Shown: piece after piece, positions 1-10,644 of the stretch
Layout: each line of letters starts with the position of its first letter
Numbering within the stretch: the first letter of the stretch is position 1
Origin: a virus
Strand: one strand, 5' to 3'
Virus record (IMG/VR): IMGVR_UViG_3300005613_002762
Coordinates: 85,191-149,190 of that record
DNA length: 64,000 bases
The notes under the pieces: generated by a model
The model's input: the letters and a program-made list of their open reading frames with translations, nothing else
Databases searched by the model: none
Told to the model about the DNA's origin: nothing
Program-made: the position numbers and the translations under genes

Positions 1-614
1 AGTTTGATCAATTATATGAGAAACATTTAATTGAAAAAAATGAAGATCAATTTTTAGGTCAAACTTATGAACTTGATATGTCAGGTAATACCGAAATTAT
101 TGAAACCTCAGAAGATAACTTTAAGTATGAAAAATTATCTGATGTTACCACTCTTAATTTAAACGATCATTATACATTTAAGAGTTCAGAAGAACTTTTT
201 AATTTTATGTTTGAAGAATATGCTATGGAATTATTTGGTCACGCTCCGTCCACCGAAATGACAACATTTAATATGTTAAATGACTTGTATTTTGATTTAA
301 GAGATGATAACGAACTTTTAGTAGTGTCTCGAGAGATTGGTAAATCAAAACCATCATCACTATTTTTTCTATCTAAATTCGGATGTCTTTTAGAAAAAGT
401 TGTATTTTTTAGTGATATCACAACTAATGATATGTGGAATCAAGTAGATATTTTACTTACCGCAGATCCTATGTTATTATTAGATAAACCAACAAACAAA
501 ATTGTTGTAAAATTTAACACATCCTACAATAAACAAATTTCGTCTGAATATGAGGTATCATCTTTATCTGAGTTTGGCGAAATACTAAAAAAATTAAAAG
601 AAAATGTTATTTAA
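1..614 (+). CDS. Hypothetical protein, 5'-partial; possibly HAD/5'(3')-nucleotidase-like
   Basis: Frame is open from the window edge to 614. The C-terminal DILLTADP...FNTSYN resembles the end of HAD nucleotidase-like phage proteins. Confidence 0.4.
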   Translation, partial: FDQLYEKHLIEKNEDQFLGQTYELDMSGNTEIIETSEDNFKYEKLSDVTTLNLNDHYTFKSSEELFNFMFEEYAMELFGHAPSTEMTTFNMLNDLYFDLRDDNELLVVSREIGKSKPSSLFFLSKFGCLLEKVVFFSDITTNDMWNQVDILLTADPMLLLDKPTNKIVVKFNTSYNKQISSEYEVSSLSEFGEILKKLKENVI

Positions 615-861
615 TATATTTGGTGAAAATTATTACATAGATATCGACAAAGTAGAAAAAGAAGTCGAGATGGCAAATTTAAGTGGAGAATCACAAATTC
701 ATTTAGTCAAATACGAATTAATTAAAACTATGATTGAGGTTTTGATAACAGAATCAGAACCAGTTGATGAAAAAATGGGACCAACTAATAGTGAATTAAC
801 TATTCCCTTTAAAATATCATTTAATAGTTTAGTAATGAAAAACATAATAAATAAAATATAA
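604..861 (+). CDS. Hypothetical protein
   Basis: 85-aa ORF tightly packed in the operon. Confidence 0.6.
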   Translation: MLFNIFGENYYIDIDKVEKEVEMANLSGESQIHLVKYELIKTMIEVLITESEPVDEKMGPTNSELTIPFKISFNSLVMKNIINKI

Positions 862-867
862 TACAAT

Positions 868-1926
868 ATGAGCAACGACAATTTTGAAAAGTTAGAAAAC
901 TCCATAAATAGAATGAAAGAAAAACTTTCACGAATCTATTTTATGGTTCAAGACACTAAAGGGAATGCGAAAGCATCGGTTCGTTATATCTACCAAATGG
1001 CTTTGACATTAAAAAGAAATGGATATAACTCAATAATTCTACACGAAAAACCTGAATACTTTGGTGTATCATCTTGGTTAGGTGAAGAGTATATGACAGA
1101 ACTTGATCACAGAGCAATCGAAGGAACGAGTTTGGAAATTTCTCCTGATGATTTAATTATCATTCCTGAAATCTACGGATTTATCATGGATCAAATTACA
1201 AAACTTCCTTGTGGAAAAATTGTTTTAAGTCAGGCATTTGATCACATATTTGAAACTTTACAACCAGGACAATCTTGGTCACAATTAGGTTTTTATAAGT
1301 GTATTACAACATCTGAAAAACAAAAAGAATTAATTGAATCTGTTATGAGAAATATTAGTGTTGATGTTGTTGAACCTTACATTTCTGAAAACTTTCAAAA
1401 AAATGAGTTCCCACCAAAAACAATCATTAATATTCACACAAGAGATCAAAGAGACACAGCAAACTTAATTAAAAGTTTCTATGTTAAATTTCCACAATAT
1501 AGATGGATTACTTTTAGAGATTTAAGAGGTCTTAGTGAATCTGAGTTTTCTGAAGCAATGAAAGACAGTTTTATTTCTGTTTGGATTGATCAAACAAGTT
1601 CATATGGAACTTTTCCTTTAGAATCAATGAAGATGGGTATTCCAGTGTTAGGTTTAGTTCCTGACATTGTTCCTTCTTGGATGAATGAAAATAACGGTTT
1701 ATGGGTTAATAATAAAACGATTATTGTAGATGTATTAGCAGACTTCATTCAAAATTGGTTGGAGGATAATTTAAATCCTGAACTTTTTGATCAAATGGAA
1801 AATACACTTGGTAATATTAGCACAAAAGAAAGTTTCGAGAATAACACATTATCACTATTCTCAAACATTTTTGAAAAACGAATCACTTCTTTTGAAGATC
1901 AACTTTCTAAATTTGAAACAATATAA
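868..1926 (+). CDS. Glycosyltransferase, GT-B fold (GT4-like)
   Basis: N-terminal 'RYIYQMALTLKRNGY' and C-terminal 'SSYGTFPLESMKMGIPVLG' (E-x7-E-like GT4 region). Confidence 0.7.
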   Translation: MSNDNFEKLENSINRMKEKLSRIYFMVQDTKGNAKASVRYIYQMALTLKRNGYNSIILHEKPEYFGVSSWLGEEYMTELDHRAIEGTSLEISPDDLIIIPEIYGFIMDQITKLPCGKIVLSQAFDHIFETLQPGQSWSQLGFYKCITTSEKQKELIESVMRNISVDVVEPYISENFQKNEFPPKTIINIHTRDQRDTANLIKSFYVKFPQYRWITFRDLRGLSESEFSEAMKDSFISVWIDQTSSYGTFPLESMKMGIPVLGLVPDIVPSWMNENNGLWVNNKTIIVDVLADFIQNWLEDNLNPELFDQMENTLGNISTKESFENNTLSLFSNIFEKRITSFEDQLSKFETI

Positions 1927-1928
1927 TT

Positions 1929-2735
1929 ATGAATACAGAACAAAAAATTTCAGTAATTTTACCGATTAAATCGGCAAAAGCAATCGGATTTGAAGACTTT
2001 TTTGATAAGTCAATTCAGTCCGTAAAAAATCAAAAAGATCACTTGAACGAATTAATAATTGTTCACGGCAATGAAGAACTATTAATCAATCACTTAACAT
2101 CATATGATTTTGGTGATTTAAATGTGGTTTTAGAAAATTGGACTCAGGAACCTAACTTCGCAAAACAAGTCAATCACGGAGTATCAATTTCAAATTCTAA
2201 TTGGTGTTCAATTTTAGAGTTTGATGATGAGTATTCAAATATTTGGTTCAAAAACGCAACAAAATATATGGGAATCTATAAAAATGTTGAGGTATTTTTA
2301 CCGATCGTTGTTGATATTGATGATAAAATGGTATTTGCTGGTTTCACAAATGAAGCAACATTTGCACAAAATATTTCTTCTGAAATGGGTATTTTAACAA
2401 ATGAAACCTTACAAAATTTTCAAAACTTTCAAATTTCAGGAATGGTTTTCCAAAAAGAAAAATTCTTAGAAGTTGGTGGTATTAAATCAAATCTTAAATT
2501 AACTTTTGGTTATGAATTATTTTTAAGATTGACACATAACTCGGCAAGAATTATGACAATTCCAAGAATCGGATACAAACATATGAATCTTAGAGAAGGA
2601 TCTATTTTTTGGAATTACAAAAATGGTGAAAATAGATTAACTCAAGACGAAGCGAGATTTTGGATCGAAACTGCAAAAAAAGAATATTTTTTCAACTCTG
2701 AAAGAGATATACAGTATGAATCACAAGAAGTTTAA
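1929..2735 (+). CDS. Glycosyltransferase family 2 (GT-A)
   Basis: 'ISVILPI', 'ELIIVH', 'NHGV', 'ILEFDDEY' DxD-like motif, 'YELFLRL'. Confidence 0.75.
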   Translation: MNTEQKISVILPIKSAKAIGFEDFFDKSIQSVKNQKDHLNELIIVHGNEELLINHLTSYDFGDLNVVLENWTQEPNFAKQVNHGVSISNSNWCSILEFDDEYSNIWFKNATKYMGIYKNVEVFLPIVVDIDDKMVFAGFTNEATFAQNISSEMGILTNETLQNFQNFQISGMVFQKEKFLEVGGIKSNLKLTFGYELFLRLTHNSARIMTIPRIGYKHMNLREGSIFWNYKNGENRLTQDEARFWIETAKKEYFFNSERDIQYESQEV

Positions 2736-3478
2736 TGTCAGAAATCCAAACGGAAATATCGAACGAAAAGAAAAAGAAAGGAAGAAAACCGAGCACATTA
2801 AATTACTTCGCAGAAAGAGAAGAAAAAGCTGTTAGAGATTTTTTAACAGCGGAGACTTTTGAAGAACGAAATAAGATTTATAATGAATTCTTAAAAGATC
2901 CTTTAGATAAAATGATATCATCTATAATTAGAAGATATAAATTATATAGAAAAGACATGAACTACGAAGAAATTCATGTTGATACACATTCATTTCTTAT
3001 GACCAAAATAGAAAAGTTTAAGCCTTCAAAAGAGAAGAAGGCTTATTCTTATCTTGGGACAATTTGTAAAAATTATCTGATGGGACAAATTATGAAGGAC
3101 CAAAAAGAAATGAATAGAAAAATTCCTTACGAAGATATATCTTCAGATTTAACCAACAGACCTGAAATGTCATATGTTATTGATAATGATGATCTTAGTT
3201 CGGAATATGTTATTAAAAAATTTCTTGATAAATTAAAAAATGAACTAAATAATGATGATTGTAGCGATCAAGAATTTAAATTAGGATCGGCAATCTACGA
3301 CTTATTTGAAAATTATGGAACTATATTTCCAGACACAAATAACAATAAATTTAACAAAAATATTATTTTATTTGAGTTAAGAGAAATGACAAATTTGTCC
3401 ACCAAAGAAATCAGAAATTCTATAAAAAAGTATAAAAAACTATATTTTGATTTAGTTCAAGATTTACTCAAAAGTTAA
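2735..3478 (+). CDS. Phage sigma factor, gp55-like (late transcription)
   Basis: Region-2-like 'KIEKFKPSKEKKAYSYLGTICKNYL' and a C-terminal HTH-like segment; lies upstream of structural genes. Confidence 0.65.
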   Translation: MSEIQTEISNEKKKKGRKPSTLNYFAEREEKAVRDFLTAETFEERNKIYNEFLKDPLDKMISSIIRRYKLYRKDMNYEEIHVDTHSFLMTKIEKFKPSKEKKAYSYLGTICKNYLMGQIMKDQKEMNRKIPYEDISSDLTNRPEMSYVIDNDDLSSEYVIKKFLDKLKNELNNDDCSDQEFKLGSAIYDLFENYGTIFPDTNNNKFNKNIILFELREMTNLSTKEIRNSIKKYKKLYFDLVQDLLKS

Positions 3479-3490
3479 TATTTATTTATT

Positions 3491-3862
3491 ATGCCAAGAC
3501 CACCAAAAAAAGAGATTAATTTAAGCAAAGAGTCAATGTTATCATTGATGCAAGAAATATACAATGAACTTGTAGAACAAAGAAATACCGCAATTAGAAT
3601 TCAAAATAAAATGTTAACTATGATGAAAGAACCTGAAGATATGACTCTGATTGGTCCTGTAATCGAAAAACAACAAAAAATAATTAATGACTGTGTGGAT
3701 AAGAAATTAACTCTTTCTAAACTTCAAGCACAAATGTGGCAAAAAAATACGGAAAAAGAAGAAGATTTCACACTTTCTGATTTAGATATTGATGATGAAA
3801 CTTTTCAAAATTTACTAAAAAAAGATATGAACAAAGATGAGTCATATAAAATGAAAAAATAA
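3491..3862 (+). CDS. Hypothetical coiled-coil protein
   Basis: 123-aa ORF preceded by TATTTAT motif. Confidence 0.6.
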   Translation: MPRPPKKEINLSKESMLSLMQEIYNELVEQRNTAIRIQNKMLTMMKEPEDMTLIGPVIEKQQKIINDCVDKKLTLSKLQAQMWQKNTEKEEDFTLSDLDIDDETFQNLLKKDMNKDESYKMKK

Positions 3863-3868
3863 TAAATT

Positions 3869-5797
3869 ATGGCAGTCGATATTAATAGTGAATTAAAAAA
3901 AGCAGCCAATAAGACTAATGTTTATAAAACCTATAAGGAATATAAACAAGGATATGACGATTTAAAAAAGAAGGCCGGAGACTCGCAAGAACCGGCAAAT
4001 AAGTTTTTGTCAAATCAGTTAGGTAAATTTGTTGAAAATAGAAAAAAACATACCTCAAACGCAAAGACTTTCATTGATGAACTAATAACTCAACTTAAAG
4101 AATTAAAAGGGTCGGGATTAGAAACCGATACATTAATAAAAAGAATTTTTGTTAATTCATTAAAAAAAATTAAACCAGAACTTAAGGATTTAATTATTAG
4201 TGAGGCTCAGAAGGCTTTAGCGTGTAGTAATTTACAAGAATATCAGTTCAACACCACTTATTATATACCAGTTAAATCTGTTGATTTATTTGGTATTTTG
4301 GAGTCATCACCTCAAGAACGAGTTGGTAAGTTATTTTACGAAAAAGACCCAATTTCATTTAATTCTTTTCCTTTTTCCATGAATAAAGAATTATATGACA
4401 GAATACAAAATTTAAATCAACCATATACCGCAGTTGCAGGAACCGATTATTTAGGAACATCACAACAAAATTTATTTGACATCAGTTATGTTGAAAGTTA
4501 CTTTGACATTCCAACTCAACAAACCATACAAGGTAGCTTTTTTAAAGTGGATTTAAAACCAAGACAAACAGCACCTGTTATTGATGAATTTTTAAATGAC
4601 TACTATAGCACAATAGACATATTAGATTATAAAACATTTTTTACAAATTTAACTGATTACGTTACAGGGGCAATATCTTTTAGTAGAGGTGATGGTAAAT
4701 TAAAATTAGCATCAATTCAAAAGTCACTTATGATAATGCAAAGAATTTTGGGATTATGTTCAGATTCAAATAAAGAAATAAATGTTGGTGGGACATCTAA
4801 AGTATCAGAAGTTGACAACATTGACGAATCTTTCTATGAATTTACTGATATCGATTTAAGAATAATAGATCAAATCACATCTGATATTAAGTTAGGTGTC
4901 GTTGAATTTGAGGATTGTGATAATATAAAAGTTCCCATGAATGTTGATGCGGTTTTAACAGCATTAGATGATTTAGTATTTAATGAAGATACTTCGGATG
5001 TTAATGAAATTAATAACGCTTTAGGTGTTATCTATCCTGTAGTTGATGAGGACCCTACTTTCAAACTGGCAATCGATGCTGGGTTCTTTCAACAATTTAT
5101 AAAAGCACTAACTAATACTGTTTTATCACCAAAGGCAGTATTACCGATTATGATTGCAGCTGGTATGGTAAATCAACCAATTTTCAATCAAATAGGTAAT
5201 TTGGAAGATTTTTTAAAAAGATTTAAAAATTTCTTTAATGAATTTTTAACAAAAATCGCATCAGTTTTTACAAAGGCCGTATTTGACGAACTTAAAAAAG
5301 AAATTAAAGTTTTGGTAAGTCTTCTTTTGAAGGATATTGCAGATGAAAAAACTAAAAAGAAATATCGTATGATTTTGTCTATTGTTGCAATTTTACCAGC
5401 ATTAACTCAAGTGGTTAAAGATTTTAGAGAATGTAAAAGTGTCTTAGATGAATTATTACAATTGTTAAATATTGGTGTTAGAAAACGACTTGACGTTTTA
5501 TCTGCTGCGGGTGGTGATTTACCATTACCACTTTTACTATCCGCAAGACTCTTAGATGGTTATTCGCCGACAAGATCTTTTTTGAATACGGTTCAAAATT
5601 TACAAGAGTTAGGAATACCAACAGGGCCAATGCCAGATGGAAGTCCAAATAAGTTTTTAGCATCAATAAAAGCAATGATTGACGGTAATTCACAAGAAAT
5701 TGCGGAAAATGGAAAAGTCGCGATCGGAATAGGTCCATTAACAATTACTCCTGCGGGAGTTACAATACCAAAAGATGCATATGGAAAGTTCATTTAA
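3869..5797 (+). CDS. Large hypothetical protein, probably virion/baseplate-associated
   Basis: 642-aa ORF directly upstream of the spike gene. Confidence 0.5.
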   Translation: MAVDINSELKKAANKTNVYKTYKEYKQGYDDLKKKAGDSQEPANKFLSNQLGKFVENRKKHTSNAKTFIDELITQLKELKGSGLETDTLIKRIFVNSLKKIKPELKDLIISEAQKALACSNLQEYQFNTTYYIPVKSVDLFGILESSPQERVGKLFYEKDPISFNSFPFSMNKELYDRIQNLNQPYTAVAGTDYLGTSQQNLFDISYVESYFDIPTQQTIQGSFFKVDLKPRQTAPVIDEFLNDYYSTIDILDYKTFFTNLTDYVTGAISFSRGDGKLKLASIQKSLMIMQRILGLCSDSNKEINVGGTSKVSEVDNIDESFYEFTDIDLRIIDQITSDIKLGVVEFEDCDNIKVPMNVDAVLTALDDLVFNEDTSDVNEINNALGVIYPVVDEDPTFKLAIDAGFFQQFIKALTNTVLSPKAVLPIMIAAGMVNQPIFNQIGNLEDFLKRFKNFFNEFLTKIASVFTKAVFDELKKEIKVLVSLLLKDIADEKTKKKYRMILSIVAILPALTQVVKDFRECKSVLDELLQLLNIGVRKRLDVLSAAGGDLPLPLLLSARLLDGYSPTRSFLNTVQNLQELGIPTGPMPDGSPNKFLASIKAMIDGNSQEIAENGKVAIGIGPLTITPAGVTIPKDAYGKFI

Positions 5798-6017
5798 TAT
5801 TAACGAAAAGAAAATAAGGGCTGGTGAAGTTTTAGAAATTATTAAAGACTACAAAGAAAAGTCTAATAAAGATTTAAAAATTGCCATGGACTTTATTCAA
5901 GAAGATTTCACTTTAACAAAAGAGTCAATATTAAAATTGACACATCATTTAGATAAGTTAGAAAATACATATAATTTACTATATAAAGAATATACTGAGA
6001 GGACTAAAATAAAATGA
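5775..6017 (+). CDS. Hypothetical protein
   Basis: 80-aa ORF overlapping both neighbours. Confidence 0.55.
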   Translation: MHMESSFNINEKKIRAGEVLEIIKDYKEKSNKDLKIAMDFIQEDFTLTKESILKLTHHLDKLENTYNLLYKEYTERTKIK

Positions 6018-7564
6018 ATGACGATAAATTAATATCACAAGGATTTGTAATTAACAATCAAGACCCTTTAATGTTAGGAAGAATTAGAGCGGTTCCTGTT
6101 GAGGAGCTAGAATCTGCTTTATTACCTGAAGATTGGAATGAGGAGACTGATATATGGACAGAAAAAGATCCTCTAATTTATTTACCCCTTTTACCGTATT
6201 ACATTAGTCAAGTCCCAAAAGTTGATGAATATATACACATATTCTATTACAACAAAAGACAAGTAATTGACAATTCAAAGTTTTATATTCAAGGTCCAAT
6301 CACAAGACCGCAAAATAATAGTTTTGAATACTATAAAAATTCAGAATCAATGCTTGCAAGTGGGACATTTTTAAAACAAGCGAATAACATAAAAGATCCT
6401 TTAACTTTTGAATTAAAAGGTCAATCACAAGGGATTTACCCTGAACCTGGTGACAATTCTATTTTAGGAAGGGGAACGTCTGATGTAATTGTTAAAGAAA
6501 ATGACGTTTTAATTAGAGCAGGAAAAAATATAAAAAGTCAAACCGCAGGGTTTAATCTACCGACACCAAGACAAAATAGAAGTTTTTTACAAATATCACT
6601 ATACGATCAAGAAAAAAAAGAATTAGAACCAATAAATCGAAGAGTCTTTTCAAACAAACCCCAATTAGTTAAAAAATTAATAGAATGGGATATTACCGAT
6701 GAGTTTATTTTGACAGGTTTTACAAGTGGAGGTGGGGTTACAGGAACAACAACATATAATGGTAATATTAAGTTATATTCTTTATTACCAAAAGATCAAA
6801 CAAAAACTACCGAAATTGATATGACCACACCTTTAGATTCTTTTAAAAGTGGTCCTGAATATACTTTAGACTTTACAGGTAAGACTTTAGATGAGGGTGT
6901 TAAAATAATTAATCAATTTATAAATGGTGTTAATCAAGGTAAAATAAATGTTGATGGATATACCCAATTTCCATTAGAGAATGATACCAAATTAGAAAAA
7001 CAATTTCCATTCTATTTTAGACCTTCAAAAGATAGTATTGACAAGTTGTCATCAACAGGGTCAACCGATTTTAACATGATTAACAATTTCTTTAGACGAA
7101 TTAAATTATTACCATCAGATCGTCAATTTGGAAGTGTTTTAGTTTGGTCAAAAAACGTTGTAGGGGAACAACTTACATTACAAAAGGAAACTTTAAGACA
7201 AAGTGTTTATACACCAAATCCGGTGTCGTATGGAACAATCGCCTCTGATTTTGTTTATTTATTATCACATAAATCAGATATACCATCAAAACAAAAAATT
7301 AATCTCGAACCGAAAGAAACTCTATATGGGATTTCACAAGAATATTTTACGGAGCAAATTTTACCAAATACCGACCCAATGGTTAGAGGAAACGAACTTA
7401 TGAAACTTCTAACATTGATTGTCAATTTTTTAGCATCACATGTTCACAATATTAATGAGGCTCCGATTCCAATTGGAACTGATGGGACTCAATTAGAAGA
7501 TATAAGAAAAATCTTACAAGACGCAGATAATTCAATTTTAAATCAAAATATTCGAATCAATTGA
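6014..7564 (+). CDS. Baseplate hub/spike protein, gp5/VgrG/gpV-like
   Basis: N-terminal OB-fold signature 'VINNQDPLMLGRIRA...PKVDEYIHI', 'PGDNSILGRG', and C-terminal HxH 'SHVHN' typical of metal-binding spike tips. Confidence 0.7.
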   Translation: MNDDKLISQGFVINNQDPLMLGRIRAVPVEELESALLPEDWNEETDIWTEKDPLIYLPLLPYYISQVPKVDEYIHIFYYNKRQVIDNSKFYIQGPITRPQNNSFEYYKNSESMLASGTFLKQANNIKDPLTFELKGQSQGIYPEPGDNSILGRGTSDVIVKENDVLIRAGKNIKSQTAGFNLPTPRQNRSFLQISLYDQEKKELEPINRRVFSNKPQLVKKLIEWDITDEFILTGFTSGGGVTGTTTYNGNIKLYSLLPKDQTKTTEIDMTTPLDSFKSGPEYTLDFTGKTLDEGVKIINQFINGVNQGKINVDGYTQFPLENDTKLEKQFPFYFRPSKDSIDKLSSTGSTDFNMINNFFRRIKLLPSDRQFGSVLVWSKNVVGEQLTLQKETLRQSVYTPNPVSYGTIASDFVYLLSHKSDIPSKQKINLEPKETLYGISQEYFTEQILPNTDPMVRGNELMKLLTLIVNFLASHVHNINEAPIPIGTDGTQLEDIRKILQDADNSILNQNIRIN

Positions 7565-7584
7565 TATTTATAAAGAAAAAGTAA

Positions 7585-9054
7585 ATGTCGATTCACAATT
7601 CCTACTTTAGTAGAAATAATACAATAGTATACAACAGTTATGTAAATACGGGAAGAAACCCTGTAATGCAACTGTATTACGGTGAAGGTGGTTTAGTTAG
7701 TCCTATTGGATATTCTAGATTCATTTTTGATTTAGATCTAACATCTTTACGTGAAAAAATTGCTGACGGAACAATTTCTACAAATTGCCAAAATTCAAGT
7801 TTGACTCACATATTGAAAATGACGAATACATCGTCGTTTAATAACGAATTATTAAACACATCGATGCCCGATGGTAGTTTAAGATCAACGTCATTCGATT
7901 TAATTTTATTTAGAATACCACCAATTAATTTTGATCCTGCATTTCCACAAATATGGGATGAGGGAGTTGGGTATGACTTTTATGATGTTCCTGATCAATT
8001 AGGACCAAATAGAGATTATTCAGTAAGACCTTCAAATTGGTTTCAAAGAACAACAATTAATAATTGGCAACAAGCAGGAATTTATGACAATACAAACGGA
8101 GGTTTAGTTCCTTTTTCATCAATAACAATCGTTGACATCCAACATTTTGAATTTGGGAATGAAAACATCGAATTTGATATGTCCACAGAAATAAATGATG
8201 TTTTAAGTGGAGCAATACAAAACCCAACAGGGTGGGGAATTGCATATCTACCACAGGTTGAAAATTTATCAGGAACTACAGGGACATATTCAGTTGGGTT
8301 TTTCACACGACACACACAAACATTTTATGAACCATATCTTCAAACAACATATAACGATTTAATTGATGATAGTAGAAATAATTTTTCTATGGGTAGATCT
8401 AATAAGTTATATTTATACGCATATGAAGATGGTGATTTTGTTAATTTAGATCAAAATCCTTTGGTATCACTTTCAGATTCTTCAGGAACCCCAATTGTTG
8501 GTCTTCAAAATCTAACAACATGCAGAAGAACAAAAGGAGTTTATGAGGTGACGATTCCACCATTAATTGGTTATCAAACACCTTGCACATTCACAGATAC
8601 TTGGTCTAACATTGAATTGAATGGATTTAATTTACCAAATCAAGTTAATGAATTTGTTTTATATCCATTTAAAAAAACAATACAAATCGGAACAAATACA
8701 AATGATCCAGCTCAATACGGATTTTCATATTATGGAATCAAACAAGATGAAAGAATATTAAATACCGATATTAGAAAAGTTGGGGTTGTTATTAAACAAG
8801 CATATACAACAAACAAACAACTTCCAAACATAGATGGTCAATATAGGGTTTATGTAAAGGAGGGAACAACTGAAGTTATTGTTCAAGATTGGACAACTTT
8901 AAATAAAACACCAAATGAATATTATTTCATATTTGACACAAGAGACAAAATTGCAAATGAATATTTCATTGACATTAAGGTTACAACTTCAGGACAAGTT
9001 AATGTTTATAAACAACAAATTAATTTCTTTATTGTTAATGTTAAACCAGAATAA
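7585..9054 (+). CDS. Putative virion structural protein (beta-rich)
   Basis: 489 aa; 'YSRFIFDLDL', 'WDEGVGYD', 'FFTRHTQTFYEPYL'; TATTTAT at 7565. Confidence 0.55.
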   Translation: MSIHNSYFSRNNTIVYNSYVNTGRNPVMQLYYGEGGLVSPIGYSRFIFDLDLTSLREKIADGTISTNCQNSSLTHILKMTNTSSFNNELLNTSMPDGSLRSTSFDLILFRIPPINFDPAFPQIWDEGVGYDFYDVPDQLGPNRDYSVRPSNWFQRTTINNWQQAGIYDNTNGGLVPFSSITIVDIQHFEFGNENIEFDMSTEINDVLSGAIQNPTGWGIAYLPQVENLSGTTGTYSVGFFTRHTQTFYEPYLQTTYNDLIDDSRNNFSMGRSNKLYLYAYEDGDFVNLDQNPLVSLSDSSGTPIVGLQNLTTCRRTKGVYEVTIPPLIGYQTPCTFTDTWSNIELNGFNLPNQVNEFVLYPFKKTIQIGTNTNDPAQYGFSYYGIKQDERILNTDIRKVGVVIKQAYTTNKQLPNIDGQYRVYVKEGTTEVIVQDWTTLNKTPNEYYFIFDTRDKIANEYFIDIKVTTSGQVNVYKQQINFFIVNVKPE

Positions 9055-9079
9055 AGAGATATTTATAAAATAAAATATT

Positions 9080-9685
9080 ATGGCAGATTATTATTATTCA
9101 GGTCAAAGTTGCGTTGACAATTCGGTTATTGCGGTATTGAGCGCTATGACACCATACAATATTGGTGATGTTGTTGGTGCAATTGGTCCATTTGATTGTT
9201 TTACTATTACATCTTTAGCAAATTCTGGAGACACAGGAACTTTAAGTATTGTTGATAGTTATGACGATTGTATTTCTTGTATTAAAGATGGAGGTGGTGT
9301 TTTTATTTTCTCAGAATGTTCAGATCCTACGTCATTATTTAGCATTGATGTTAATGAATTTAACACGGTTCCATCATTTCTTCAATCATATTATTTAGAA
9401 TTAACAGGATCGACAGGTTGTTTTGTATTTCAAGAATGGAACCCGTCAGATATTCCAGATGAATCTATATCGTTAATATTAGGACCATACGAAGAATGTA
9501 ATGTATGTGAAGGATATAACATCCCAACTTCAGCAAATACCGAATACACACTGTGCACAACCGACTGTGATGGAAATCCTGTAGAGTTAGAATTTCCTCA
9601 TCCTGTGTATACAAATAATTATGGAAATGCAGTTACTCAATTAAACGCAGTTCAATTAGGAGGACCAAACGGATTAAATAATTAA
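9080..9685 (+). CDS. Cys-rich putative virion protein
   Basis: Repeated 'YDDCISC / YEECNVC' CxxC units; TATTTAT at 9060. Confidence 0.5.
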   Translation: MADYYYSGQSCVDNSVIAVLSAMTPYNIGDVVGAIGPFDCFTITSLANSGDTGTLSIVDSYDDCISCIKDGGGVFIFSECSDPTSLFSIDVNEFNTVPSFLQSYYLELTGSTGCFVFQEWNPSDIPDESISLILGPYEECNVCEGYNIPTSANTEYTLCTTDCDGNPVELEFPHPVYTNNYGNAVTQLNAVQLGGPNGLNN

Positions 9686-9689
9686 TAAT

Positions 9690-10142
9690 ATGAGAAATTT
9701 AGATTCAATTATTAGAAGAGTTATTAAAGAAACTCACGAAGAAAAATCTTCACGATATATGTTCTTTTCAAATTTAGAACAAATGAGAAGACAATGTGAC
9801 TTACTTTTAGATTTAGATAGAGATATGGTTGAGGAAATACTAGAACATGGACACGATTGGGCTCAAGACCATATTAGTGAAGCAAAAAATAATATGGATC
9901 AAGTTTTTGATTTTTTAATGAATGAAACCAATTCCGATTCTGATATGGAAATGGAAGACAATATCATGATGGAAGGTAGAAAAAAAACAGGAACAAAACT
10001 TTGTGCGAGAGGAAAAGCCGCCGCTAAAGCCAAATATGACGTATACCCCTCGGCATATGCTAATGGTTACGCTGTTCAAGTCTGTAAAGGAAAAAAACCT
10101 GGTTTAGACGGAAAAAGAAGGTGTTCAGGGGTTTATTGCTAA
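9690..10142 (+). CDS. Leader-bearing protein with basic Cys module (PSAYANG)
   Basis: N-terminal 'LDSIIRRVIKE'; C-terminal 'LCARGKAAAKAKYDVYPSAYANGYAVQVCKG'. Confidence 0.6.
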   Translation: MRNLDSIIRRVIKETHEEKSSRYMFFSNLEQMRRQCDLLLDLDRDMVEEILEHGHDWAQDHISEAKNNMDQVFDFLMNETNSDSDMEMEDNIMMEGRKKTGTKLCARGKAAAKAKYDVYPSAYANGYAVQVCKGKKPGLDGKRRCSGVYC

Positions 10143-10215
10143 ATTTTTTTTTAAAAAATTTTTTTTATTCACTTTATATCATATATTTGTAGAACAAAAT
10201 AAAAACTACAAATAC

Positions 10216-10644
10216 ATGAAAAAATTTTTCAAACGAATTTATAAGAGATTTAAAGTTAAAATGGCTCGAAGAATGCGAAATAACATGGTCACACATGAAG
10301 AAGTTGAGTTACATGAAAAAACCGCATTTAAAATTTGTGTTAAAGTTATATCACACCCTTCTTCAGATTTTATGATTGCGCCACTATCGGATAAAAGATA
10401 TGTGATTAACGAAGATCTTAATCTTTTTATTATTATAAATTGGAATAAAGTTGAGATTACAAATCACATATTTCATTATGATGTTGTTTTATCAAAAAGG
10501 GATCACGAAAGAGTTATATATTTATACGATACGGAAACAGAAAAAAGAAGAACAAATACTGAGGCCAATGTAAAAGCAAATATTAAAAATTCTTTAGATA
10601 CTCTATTATCCAAGATAAATCAGAATATGGAAAATAATAAATAA
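10216..10644 (+). CDS. Hypothetical protein (host-type promoter)
   Basis: 142 aa; TATATTTG at 10182-10189. Confidence 0.6.
   Translation: MKKFFKRIYKRFKVKMARRMRNNMVTHEEVELHEKTAFKICVKVISHPSSDFMIAPLSDKRYVINEDLNLFIIINWNKVEITNHIFHYDVVLSKRDHERVIYLYDTETEKRRTNTEANVKANIKNSLDTLLSKINQNMENNK

Noticed and set aside
3491-3862. Small terminase subunit
   Set aside because: Size and coiled coil are compatible, but there is no recognisable motif and it is far from terL
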